The notes under the pieces are model-generated. The model did no database searches. It was not told the DNA's origin and saw only the letters and a list, made by a program, of their open reading frames with translations. The translations under genes and the position numbers were made by a program. Positions 17,999-26,688 of a stretch of DNA of 38,883 nt are shown here, in pieces. The stretch comes from a virus (lineage: Duplodnaviria; Caudoviricetes), in IMG/VR virus record IMGVR_UViG_3300044274_000306, positions 1 to 38,883 of that record; one strand, 5' to 3'. Each line of letters begins with the position of its first letter. Within the stretch, counting starts at the first letter, position 1.

Positions 17999-18049
17999 CA
18001 GTGTCGCAAAGGTCACCCCAAAGCGGCATGGCGACATATGTCGCCATGC
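17999..18049 (-). promoter_or_regulatory. Candidate late promoter P(I) with dyad activator site
   Basis: 24-bp perfect palindrome GCATGGCGACATATGTCGCCATGC at 18026-18049 and CAGTGTCGC at 17999; same layout as 25762-25809. Confidence 0.75.
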
Positions 18050-18444
18050 AGGGTTGGCATAACTTGGGTGGGGTGTGCTTTGGGATGATCAGATCACCAT
18101 CCAGCGATCCAAACGATGCGCAGCGGAAAGCTACACCGAAGTCTCATGGAGAGTCCATGACTGTTTAAGGGGCCCATTAAGAGGCTTTAAGTGCTCTAAG
18201 AGACGCCTTGAGAGACACGCAGGGGGGATTTAGCGACAGCTACAGGCAACCGGCCTGTACGGGCACCTGTCGCTTAGAGTATCATAAAATGTCGATTGGA
18301 AGAGTATCAGGGCAATGTGGAGGGCTTTAAATCGGGGCCGATCAATCGCCGCATCGATCTCGGCGCCCAGACTTGGCGATCAGGATGCGGCCCGCACCAA
18401 GTCCTGCACGATCTAAATAACAAATCTGTGGAGAATTGCAAGGA

Positions 18445-19719
18445 TCAATCCGCGAAGATCCGCAACCCGCTGCGCACGGATTGCAGCCGGCGGGCCGTTC
18501 CTGGGATCACTGTAAAGCCGGACCAGGTGCCACCATCCTGATCGGCAACAAGACTGAAGGCGCGGCTGGAACCAAACTCAAAAGCCCGATAGTACCGGCG
18601 ACGCAAGGCAACACGACCGGAAACACGATTCTGGGCCCAGCCGATCCAGATCTCAGAGGGATCCTGGATCAAGTCAGGGATCAGCGGGAAGAATGGTTCA
18701 CGCCCGCCGCGCCTGTCGGGATCCTGCAGGATGTGATCAACGATGGCCTGGCCTATGCGCGTGCGCGCGCCCAGAGGATCGACCAATACGACTTCATCGC
18801 CGCCAATGCCCGCACGCAACGCCTGGCGCAATCCCTCTTCATCTTCAGCCCGGTCGCCCAATCTGGCTGTCGTTGGTTTTGGGTCGGGTGGCGCAGGATT
18901 GGCCGGTCGATCTCCAAAGGGAGAAGCCAGTGCCGTCCAGGGGCCATGATCTTCCATCGCCACCAGATCCGGACCACGTCCAAATCCGGCAACGCCTGGA
19001 TTGTAGGCAAAGCCCGCATCTATCCCGGTCGGGGCTGTAACCATCCGGTCACCGTCTGCTGATCGTATCCGGACAGGTCTGTCGCCAAAGCTGGGCAGGT
19101 CATCTTCCGGTGTGACCTCCAGCCCCTGGCGGCGCATCTGACGACCGGTCAGCACCTGGATGGTGCAGCGGCAGTTCCAGCCGTTTGGCGGCCAATGGGT
19201 CTCCCAGAACGCGTGATCAATCGGCAGGATGATATCATGCCAGGCGCGATGGGCCGGTCGGGTCCGGGAATCCAGCACCGCCAGGTAACGAATGTAAAGG
19301 GTTTCGCCTTGCGCCCGTTTGCGGGCAGCAACCCGGCTGGCCTGGCCCCAGCGTCCTGCACTTTGGGCCATGCGCAAGTTGGTGTTGTAAATGACCGCCG
19401 ACCGCCAGCCCCGCTTTCCGTTGTAGCTCCAACCATGGGCGGCCACGATGCGGTCAAAATCCTCCCGGAACTGCGCCAGACTGCGCCCTTCCGAAATAGC
19501 CGCCTGCACGGCACCGTGGAAATCTTCGACCAGCGCAGCTGTGTTGGCCCCGGCGACAACAAAGGCGCGGGCATGCATGCCCTGCCACAGATCTGTCCAG
19601 GCTCCACTGGGTAAGGGAACCTTCTGGCGCAAATAGTCGATGGCTTCAACAAACGGCACACCCTGCGGCAACACCTCTGGTATTTGCGAAGTTGGGGCGT
19701 TTGGAGAGGGGGGCTTCAC
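18445..19719 (-). CDS. MuF minor head protein with C-terminal BECR (PBECR2-like) nuclease extension
   Basis: RAFVVAG, IYNTNLR, DSRTRPAH and PPNGWNCRC, then an extra domain with HI..R..FFPLIPDLIQDPSEIW..RRRY; GTG start inferred. Confidence 0.85.
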   Translation of the reverse strand: MKPPSPNAPTSQIPEVLPQGVPFVEAIDYLRQKVPLPSGAWTDLWQGMHARAFVVAGANTAALVEDFHGAVQAAISEGRSLAQFREDFDRIVAAHGWSYNGKRGWRSAVIYNTNLRMAQSAGRWGQASRVAARKRAQGETLYIRYLAVLDSRTRPAHRAWHDIILPIDHAFWETHWPPNGWNCRCTIQVLTGRQMRRQGLEVTPEDDLPSFGDRPVRIRSADGDRMVTAPTGIDAGFAYNPGVAGFGRGPDLVAMEDHGPWTALASPFGDRPANPAPPDPKPTTARLGDRAEDEEGLRQALRAGIGGDEVVLVDPLGARTRIGQAIVDHILQDPDRRGGREPFFPLIPDLIQDPSEIWIGWAQNRVSGRVALRRRYYRAFEFGSSRAFSLVADQDGGTWSGFTVIPGTARRLQSVRSGLRIFAD

Positions 19720-19720
19720 G

Positions 19721-21331
19721 TCACATACCTTCCGCCAGGGAACCGACCAGGGCGTCAATTTCCGCGCGCCCGGCCAAATCTGCAGCCAGCATGCCATCGC
19801 GCATCGCAGCGGCCAGCGCCGTCATGTCCAGGTCCGGATACACGGTCAGTATGCGCGAGGCCAGGTCGTGCAGATCGCTGGCATCCTCCATTTGCAATTT
19901 GACCTGGTCGATCAATTCGGTCAGGGCCGGGGCGGCTGCCGACTCGACCAGCGTTGTCAGCCGGTCTGCCAGATCATGTTCGGCACCCTGGCTGTGATGG
20001 GCCGTATGATCCTGGGAGAGATCCTCGCGCGGCAAGGTGGGATCTGGCATCCGTGATTTGCTGGGCGGTGTGTCTGGCGCGGGTCGACGGGCCCCCAGGA
20101 CATCCAGATCATTCTCTGGTTCCTTCAGCCCCATCTTGCCGCGAATTTCGGTCTCACTGACCCGCAGGCCCAGCGGGACCAGTTTTGCCAGGGCGTCTGA
20201 CAGTCCCGCAATGTCTGTTTCTTCCGCCCGGCCAATGCTGATTTTCGGATAGCGTTTCTGCGGGCCGCGATTAAGGTCAATCAGCGGCTTGATCACATCG
20301 CGCTGCAGGGTTGCCTCCAGCTCGTTGGCATCGGCACGCTCAATATCGCCGCGCACATCATTGTGTTCCTGGCCGACCGCATGCCCGCCTGCAATGGCAT
20401 CCGTGGTGGCCGTCTGGCCGAGCACGAGCTTCGAGAGACTTTGATCCAGATATTTGGCCAGTTTCTCGTAGACATCTGCGCCCTTGGTGCCAGCGCCACC
20501 GCCCGCCTCGACAAATTCCAGCAGCATGCTTTGGGGGATGATCGCCGCCGCGTCGCGTCCGATATTGGCAACAGCCCGCAGCAGGGTTTTCTTTTCCTCC
20601 TCGGTTGCGCCGGGCCCGAATTTCCCGACCCGCAGCGGCTGGCCATAGATTTCAGCGAATTCCACCCAGCCCTTTAGATCAAAATTCTTGAACAGATAGG
20701 CCCAGGCAGCGGGTCGGGCCAACCCGGCCCGGATCGGCAGACCGGATTTGCCAGACGAAAAATGCCGCACAAATTTAAAGGCGGCCAGATCTTCGCCCTG
20801 TCCCGTATCGCTCAACAGCCGGGGTGTGCGCCGATCCGGTGTATCAAACACGATCCAGCGGGGATCCACCCAATCAATGCTGACAGGACGCCAGTCCCGC
20901 TCGGACATATCCCATTTGATTTCGCCGACAGCGAACCCTTTGCCAACTGCGTCGAGCAAATCAAACAGCTCTGTCTGCAGGATGTTGCGGTCGACAAAGT
21001 CCTGAATGATCTCTGAATTGGCGATGTCGTTCTTGTCATCGGAGGCGGGCGTGACAGTCACTTCCAGCTGACTGACCTGGCGCTTGCGCGTGCCCAGCAC
21101 AGATCGATAATGCCAGTCCTTTTCTTCCATGCGCTCGGCCAGTGCCAGATAATCGGCCGGACTGTCCATCTCTGCGGCCAACAGCAACTGCGCCAACCGC
21201 CCTGGCGTCAAATTGCTGGACGGATCCGGTGACACGGTCTGGCGCACGCCAGTCAGGTTGGCCGTCGCCTGTTCTTCGCGCAGCGCGCTCAAATCAATCG
21301 GGCGGCCAAACTGATCATATAGGGTCGCCAT
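19721..21331 (-). CDS. Portal protein (Mu gp29/DUF935)
   Basis: MEEKDWHY, DLLDAVGKGF, FAEIYGQPLRVGK and SKLVLGQT. Confidence 0.95.
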   Translation of the reverse strand: MATLYDQFGRPIDLSALREEQATANLTGVRQTVSPDPSSNLTPGRLAQLLLAAEMDSPADYLALAERMEEKDWHYRSVLGTRKRQVSQLEVTVTPASDDKNDIANSEIIQDFVDRNILQTELFDLLDAVGKGFAVGEIKWDMSERDWRPVSIDWVDPRWIVFDTPDRRTPRLLSDTGQGEDLAAFKFVRHFSSGKSGLPIRAGLARPAAWAYLFKNFDLKGWVEFAEIYGQPLRVGKFGPGATEEEKKTLLRAVANIGRDAAAIIPQSMLLEFVEAGGGAGTKGADVYEKLAKYLDQSLSKLVLGQTATTDAIAGGHAVGQEHNDVRGDIERADANELEATLQRDVIKPLIDLNRGPQKRYPKISIGRAEETDIAGLSDALAKLVPLGLRVSETEIRGKMGLKEPENDLDVLGARRPAPDTPPSKSRMPDPTLPREDLSQDHTAHHSQGAEHDLADRLTTLVESAAAPALTELIDQVKLQMEDASDLHDLASRILTVYPDLDMTALAAAMRDGMLAADLAGRAEIDALVGSLAEGM

Positions 21332-23022
21332 TACCAGGTACCTCCATTGAAAGTATCATCATCGTCAGCCCGATCCTGCATCCGGCCAATACCGCTGGAG
21401 CCTTGTCGCCAATAGCCTTCAGATTGAGACTGGCTCCACCGATCATCGTGGCGATCCGCCGTTGTTGGCGTCTGATAACCATATTCCATGTACTCCATCT
21501 GGGTGGCGGCATGGAAATTCAGCAATGCGACACCCGCATCGCCGTGACGCTTCATGCCGTCACCACCTTCATTCCGAACGCTTGTCGGGATTTTCCCAAC
21601 GCCACGCACCATCCGAAACTGGCGCAGATCGTCGGTGACATCGGCGTCGGCCGGTATCAGCATGCCGCGATCCTCAAACCCGGCGCGAAACTTTGCAGTA
21701 TGCTCTCGCAGCCATTCATTATTGGGCATCAGTTCGACGATCCGCTCCGCGCCGAATTCCTGGCGCGCCTGCTGTGCCAGAGGCATACCGTTGCCGTTTG
21801 CATCCAGGATCGCACCCATTAAAGGAATTAGTCGCTGCCCGATGAATCGCAGCGCTTGCAGCTGTTGCTCATAGGGGCAATTCCAAAGTTCTAGGATGAG
21901 CGGGACATGACGCACGAGATCCTGCGCAACATAGCCAACCGCGAACACTGTGCGGTCGTGGCGCATCGCAAAATCTTCACCAAACGCCTTACGCAGGTTT
22001 GGTGGCAAGCACGCCAAGATTGGCCCAACCTGCTCCTCCAGAAACTCTGCCATCGACGCATGCCGGACGGCGGCTGGCAGATCCACGAAGTTCGTCACTT
22101 CCGGATACCAGCGCACAACCTTGTAGTCGCGCGTTGTGCAGGCCTCTATCCAGGCCAGCGGCAACAGCCGTCCTTCACCTTCGCCGGGCACGGCATCCAG
22201 CTCTTCTGCCGCATCGGCCCCATAGAATGCGCGGATATCGCTGCGCCAGGCCGCCTCCGCCTCTGGCGACCAAGTCTTGCCGGTCACGAGGCAGATACGT
22301 TCATACAGGCCGTCGAGCAGCGCCTCGTCGAATGTGACGCGAACGATCTCTCCCTTGTTCTTCCCGGCGCGGATACCCTGGATGTACTCGTTGAATGGAT
22401 TGTCCTTTCCGTCATGGGTGGAGATGATCAGGATCTTCCCGCCCCAGATCAGGAAGGCCATACCTGCCTTCAGCATACCGGCCAGATCGTCGTGGAACGC
22501 GGCCTCATCGAAAATAAGGTATCCCTGCCGCCCGCGCAGACTGCGCGGCTTGGATGTCAGCGCCACGATTTCGAAACCGCTGGCGAACCGAATGCGGAAC
22601 GCCTGGATCGCCTGGGCGATACCCTTCTCGTCCGTCTCGGTAAACAGAAACTCAGTGACCTCAGTTGCCAGTGGCTCAAAGGCCCTGGCCCACATGCCGC
22701 AGGTGTCGATGAACTCGCGCGCCATATCCAGGTTATACCCGATGTAAAGCACGTCCATACCACCATCAGATCGGCGGCGACCGGCATGCAGTACCGCATC
22801 AGCAGCAACGGCCCAGGTCATCCCGATCCGCCGCGATTTCTCGCAGACGACAACCTGGTTCAGCGCGGTCGTCTCCAACAACCGCTGCTGATAGGGCAGC
22901 AACACACCGCGCAGCGACGCGCCGTCCTGGACAGGTAGAGAAAACCGCGCCTGTCGGCGCAGCTTTTCCCAGTCTTCGTCGGAGATCGGGTCGCCTTCCA
23001 GGCGGTCCTTCAGCGTCGACAT
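21331..23022 (-). CDS. Terminase large subunit (Mu gp28-like)
   Basis: LLPYQQ, EKSRRIGMTW, IFDEAAF, IISTHDG and RHGD. Confidence 0.95.
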   Translation of the reverse strand: MSTLKDRLEGDPISDEDWEKLRRQARFSLPVQDGASLRGVLLPYQQRLLETTALNQVVVCEKSRRIGMTWAVAADAVLHAGRRRSDGGMDVLYIGYNLDMAREFIDTCGMWARAFEPLATEVTEFLFTETDEKGIAQAIQAFRIRFASGFEIVALTSKPRSLRGRQGYLIFDEAAFHDDLAGMLKAGMAFLIWGGKILIISTHDGKDNPFNEYIQGIRAGKNKGEIVRVTFDEALLDGLYERICLVTGKTWSPEAEAAWRSDIRAFYGADAAEELDAVPGEGEGRLLPLAWIEACTTRDYKVVRWYPEVTNFVDLPAAVRHASMAEFLEEQVGPILACLPPNLRKAFGEDFAMRHDRTVFAVGYVAQDLVRHVPLILELWNCPYEQQLQALRFIGQRLIPLMGAILDANGNGMPLAQQARQEFGAERIVELMPNNEWLREHTAKFRAGFEDRGMLIPADADVTDDLRQFRMVRGVGKIPTSVRNEGGDGMKRHGDAGVALLNFHAATQMEYMEYGYQTPTTADRHDDRWSQSQSEGYWRQGSSGIGRMQDRADDDDTFNGGTW

Positions 23023-23031
23023 CGCATCCCC

Positions 23032-23595
23032 CTATCCAAACAGGATCTGTTTTTTGATCGCTTCGACCAGGTCGGCAGACAGTCCCGGCCCGCCTGACCG
23101 ACTGGTTTCGGCCAACGCCGTATCCACCGCCGCCGCCGCCTTTTCGCGTGCTTCCTCACGGATGCGCTCCAGCAGCTTTGTGTCGCGATCCAGGTCGACT
23201 TTCGATGCGGATGTCAGCGAGTGCAGGGCTTTTGAGAGGAAGTACACCTCCTGCGGATCGAACCGCACGGCTTCGCCGGTTTCTGTCGCGGTATTCAGGC
23301 GCATGATTTGGGCGTGGAGGATCTCGATATTGGCCCGTGCCACCCGGTTGTCCGGATTTTCGCCAATCCGCTCACAGATCATTTCGGCCGCTTTCCGGCT
23401 TTCCCGCGTCATCTCCAGTATCTTGTCCAGGTTCTGGATATGGCGGCCGACGCTACTGCGCGAGACATCGACGTCGAGCTCACCCAGCTTTTCGTATATC
23501 TCGTCTATCGTGCGCCCCGCTTCACGCAGGGTTCGGACCTTATCGCGGATCTGGAGGGGCAAACGGTCGATCTTCGAAGGGCGCGCCATGATCAC
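23032..23595 (-). CDS. Terminase small subunit (Mu gp27/DUF3486)
   Basis: RPSKIDRLP..VSRSSVGRH..GLSADLV. Confidence 0.88.
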   Translation of the reverse strand: MIMARPSKIDRLPLQIRDKVRTLREAGRTIDEIYEKLGELDVDVSRSSVGRHIQNLDKILEMTRESRKAAEMICERIGENPDNRVARANIEILHAQIMRLNTATETGEAVRFDPQEVYFLSKALHSLTSASKVDLDRDTKLLERIREEAREKAAAAVDTALAETSRSGGPGLSADLVEAIKKQILFG

Positions 23596-23876
23596 AACCG
23601 CCGCTTGATGCCGTCGACCACGATCCGACCGGAGTTAAAATCATCACCGCGTTCGGCAATGCGGGCGACCAGAAACAACCCGACCTTCTCGAGCGTTATC
23701 AACTCCTGCTCAGCAAGCCAACGCAGCGCAGCGCGCACTTGATCCCGACTGACATTGACGCCCTCAAGCATCGTCAATCCATCATGCAGGACGCTGTCAT
23801 TGGTGTTCGTGCCATCCTTCAGCAAGCCCAAGATTGCACCACGGGCATGTTGGTTTCTGATTTCAGCAAGGCTCAT
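23592..23876 (-). CDS. Mu gp26-like winged-helix protein
   Basis: VSRDQVRAALRWLAEQELI..ERGDD..VDGIKR. Confidence 0.8.
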   Translation of the reverse strand: MSLAEIRNQHARGAILGLLKDGTNTNDSVLHDGLTMLEGVNVSRDQVRAALRWLAEQELITLEKVGLFLVARIAERGDDFNSGRIVVDGIKRRL

Positions 23877-24325
23877 CGCTTTGAGTTTCCTTCTTTGGCG
23901 GCGCGTGCCTCGGCCAGTTCATTATCGACCAATTGCTGGACAGTGGTCTGTAACGTCCCGATGCCCATCTTGATGCCATCCATGCTCGCAGATATCCCTG
24001 CTACATTCTGGCTGATCTGACTGACGCTGTTCTTGACCTCGGATACACGGTCGTGCACGCGGTTCATCTCGTCATGACCTGGCAAGTGTTCGATTCTCTC
24101 CGACGCCTGGTTGACCCGTATGTCCAGCGAGTTCAGACGTTGATCAACGACCTTGAATTCATCTTTGATTTCGTCCTCCACGGCGGAAATCCGCTCGTCT
24201 GTTTCCTTGCGGGTTGCGCGACCTCGATTTGAAAAATAGATGAACAGCGACACCAGCAGTGCGATTCCAGACAGCAGCAGAGACCCGAAATCTGCGATCG
24301 CTTTCAGAAGGTCATAATTGATCAC
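23873..24325 (-). CDS. DUF2730-like membrane-anchored coiled-coil protein
   Basis: N-terminal hydrophobic helix and IEHLP motif; GTG start inferred. Confidence 0.7.
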   Translation of the reverse strand: MINYDLLKAIADFGSLLLSGIALLVSLFIYFSNRGRATRKETDERISAVEDEIKDEFKVVDQRLNSLDIRVNQASERIEHLPGHDEMNRVHDRVSEVKNSVSQISQNVAGISASMDGIKMGIGTLQTTVQQLVDNELAEARAAKEGNSKR

Positions 24326-24593
24326 GGTGCCCCTCGCTCTCTCTTGCACAGTCGATACAGTAAGGGGTCTTGGGCAGCGCCGCCAAGCGCGCCTCGCCAA
24401 TTTCCTCGCCACAGGCCCGACACAGGCCCGCCTGGGCCAGTACCTTCTCTCGCGCGGCCATATCCGCGCCAGCCAGTGGTGTCGCAAGCCCTGCCAGGCG
24501 CGGCACCCAATCCGCATTCTGCCGATGGGCCGCCAGCGATTTATCCAGGTGGCGCTGTGCCAGGTCGTTCGCCTCGTCGATCTGATCGGCCAT
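24312..24593 (-). CDS. TraR/DksA C4 zinc-finger protein
   Basis: MADQIDEA; CRACGEEIGEARLAALP..CIDC. Confidence 0.9.
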   Translation of the reverse strand: MADQIDEANDLAQRHLDKSLAAHRQNADWVPRLAGLATPLAGADMAAREKVLAQAGLCRACGEEIGEARLAALPKTPYCIDCARESEGHRDQL

Positions 24594-24595
24594 GG

Positions 24596-25198
24596 TCAGC
24601 TCTTGCCCGGGACGGCTATACGCGATGCGATTGCTTCAACAATGCCGAGCCCCGAAGATTGACCGGCCGCAAGCTTTTTATCGTCGCTGCGCTTCCAGAC
24701 GGACACGCCAATCACCGACAGGCCCACTGCCCACATCGTGACCATGGCGGCGTTGACCTGACCCACAGCTGTCAGGATTTCACCGGCATTGGATGGCTGC
24801 GCCATAATCGCATACAAAATACCGCCGACTGTGCCGCAGATCTGCACCGCCCAGGTGAAGGCCATCACATAGCCAAAGGTCGGCCGCCACCGTTTGACGT
24901 ATTTGTCATCGGAGGTATATTCGGCGCGCATCGTCTCATTGACTTGGCGAAGCTGCTCTGTTTCCGCTTCAATCAACTTGATTTGGATCTGTTGCGCCTG
25001 GCGCTGAAACTCGAGAACCATCTCCGGGTTCTGCTGAAGCATTGTGAGCGCTTGTTGCGGGTCTTTCGCACCGGTCACCTTCTGGGCGACATCCACAACC
25101 TCATTCGCAACAGCCTCGCCATCATCCCCGAAAATCCACTTGCCAAGTGCTGGCAATGCGAATTTTGCAATGGCAAATCCGGCAGTGATTGGATCCAT
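24596..25198 (-). CDS. Holin (3TM, GTA-holin-like)
   Basis: WRPTFGY, hydrophobic helices and RSDDK; adjacent to the lysozyme. Confidence 0.8.
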   Translation of the reverse strand: MDPITAGFAIAKFALPALGKWIFGDDGEAVANEVVDVAQKVTGAKDPQQALTMLQQNPEMVLEFQRQAQQIQIKLIEAETEQLRQVNETMRAEYTSDDKYVKRWRPTFGYVMAFTWAVQICGTVGGILYAIMAQPSNAGEILTAVGQVNAAMVTMWAVGLSVIGVSVWKRSDDKKLAAGQSSGLGIVEAIASRIAVPGKS

Positions 25199-25201
25199 GA
25201 A

Positions 25202-25705
25202 TCAGCCCTCCCGAATGTATTTGGCAAGGCGTTCGGAACGATCCTTCTGGACGTCTTCGCGCGCCCATTTCGAGTCGAGCGCTTCATCGGCTGCACGGCC
25301 ATAGGCTGCCTTTGCCTGCGGTTCGAGTCCCGAAAACTCAAAGCCATGCGCCTCTTCCAACGCCGCCCACATTTTCTTGAATTTGGACAGACGCGGCCAG
25401 CCCATGTTGAAACACATATTGACCAAGGCCAGGCGTCGATTGAAGGACAGGTCAATCCACCACGGGACATTCCGATTGAGGTCCAACACCGCGCCATCAA
25501 CATCTTCGCGGGCCAGCATAAGGCTGATCTCTTGAGAGATGCCGCGATCCTGGAGGTTGCGGCCAATCGCGATGGTTGGGATGCCGATGATGGTATCGCC
25601 CTGCCGCAGCGGCTTGCCGGTCGCGTCATCATAGACCGTCAGGCGAACGCCCTCGTCAACCTGCAGCTCACTCAGCAAAACTTGGATAAACGTGTCATCA
25701 GCCAT
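25202..25705 (-). CDS. Endolysin, T4-type lysozyme (GH24)
   Basis: DEGVRLTVYDD..TIAIGRNL, NMCFNMG and EALDSKWA. Confidence 0.88.
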   Translation of the reverse strand: MADDTFIQVLLSELQVDEGVRLTVYDDATGKPLRQGDTIIGIPTIAIGRNLQDRGISQEISLMLAREDVDGAVLDLNRNVPWWIDLSFNRRLALVNMCFNMGWPRLSKFKKMWAALEEAHGFEFSGLEPQAKAAYGRAADEALDSKWAREDVQKDRSERLAKYIREG

Positions 25706-25761
25706 GATTGCCCCACTGTCCGAAAATGACGCATCGGAGGCAGGGCCTCCGACTTCCCGGA

Positions 25762-25809
25762 CAGTGTCGCGTGGTTTGATGGCAATCGGCATGGCGACAC
25801 CTGTCGCCA
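25762..25809 (-). promoter_or_regulatory. Candidate late promoter P(lys) with dyad activator site
   Basis: TGGCGACA-CC-TGTCGCCA at 25792-25809 and CAGTGTCGC at 25762; spacing identical to the site at 18.0 kb. Confidence 0.75.
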
Positions 25810-25815
25810 GCAAGG

Positions 25816-26175
25816 TCAATCGATCAGATCAAAGAGGGGAAAGCTTGGCACCGTGTCATTGTCCCAGCGCTGAATGGTGCGTCTGGCGCGACACAAAACA
25901 CGGGCGCGGCGCTCTTGGCTCCAGCCGCGTTGCGCCAGGGCGTTGGAGAGGACGCGCGCCGAGAGGGGAATCTCTAGCGCATTACCTGCTGCCACGTCTA
26001 CTATCTTTCGCGCGGCCTCAAGCCCGATCAAGTCCTCAAGCTTGGTCCCCACAGCGCTATAGGGTACATACAGGCGGGTTCCGCCATAGGCTAGGCAGAT
26101 CGTGATGGCAGCGTCTTCACCCGCTGCATCAGCCAGTACGCGGAATCCAGCCGGTATCGGACGGTTGCCGGTCAT
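25816..26175 (-). CDS. Mor/C-family late transcription activator
   Basis: GEDAAITICLAYGGTRLYVP and a C-terminal HTH; directly before the lysis genes. Confidence 0.82.
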   Translation of the reverse strand: MTGNRPIPAGFRVLADAAGEDAAITICLAYGGTRLYVPYSAVGTKLEDLIGLEAARKIVDVAAGNALEIPLSARVLSNALAQRGWSQERRARVLCRARRTIQRWDNDTVPSFPLFDLID

Positions 26176-26240
26176 AACCGCACCACCGGCGTCTTGGCGG
26201 GATCCCCATTCGGCGCTAAACTACCTCTCAGGAGGCACTT

Positions 26241-26663
26241 ATGACCACGGGAATCGAGGCTTACAGAGCGGAAACCAGACGGGTGGCACGGCGCGTCCGA
26301 AACGGGCTTTTTGTGGCTGTGGCGGTAGGTGCTGGTGTGGTCTGGATGCTGCGCGACAGCAGGCCCGACACGGTGCTGGCCTGTGAGGGGATCATCCAGG
26401 ACAACCTGAAAGCCCCCGCCACCTATCGCCAGATCGACACCCATCATTATGGCGCTGGTAGTGACGAAGAGAGCATCTACATCACCTTTGAGGCCCAGAA
26501 TGCGATGGGGGTTCCCTTGCGGATTGAAGCTCATTGCACTTTCGCATCCTCGACCGACGGCGACCCCAGGCCGGAAATACAGGCCGTGACGCTGGATGGT
26601 GTGGCGATCCTGGCACCCAGCCGATATCGCAATCGCTGGGATCAGCTCACGTCCCGGTTCTAG
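26241..26663 (+). CDS. Membrane-anchored hypothetical protein on the opposite strand
   Basis: AGGAGG RBS; N-terminal basic stretch plus TM helix; two Cys; LKAPATY..FEAQNAMGV. Confidence 0.8.
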   Translation: MTTGIEAYRAETRRVARRVRNGLFVAVAVGAGVVWMLRDSRPDTVLACEGIIQDNLKAPATYRQIDTHHYGAGSDEESIYITFEAQNAMGVPLRIEAHCTFASSTDGDPRPEIQAVTLDGVAILAPSRYRNRWDQLTSRF

Positions 26664-26688
26664 ATTTGGGCGGCCCCGCACCATCGGA

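Noticed and set aside
17942-18037. Longer protease start given in the ORF track
   Set aside because: That ATG lies inside the promoter palindrome; 17941 has a GGAG and matches the domain start
18165-18190. CtrA boxes (TTAA-N7-TTAA)
   Set aside because: Spacers are 8 and 6 nt here, and 4 nt at 16781; none is 7
21907-22938. 343-aa plus-strand ORF
   Set aside because: Antisense shadow of the terminase in GC-rich DNA; no motifs or RBS
24344-25729. 461-aa plus-strand ORF across the lysis genes
   Set aside because: No RBS or recognisable domain; low-complexity Pro/Arg N-terminus; overlaps three well-supported minus-strand genes
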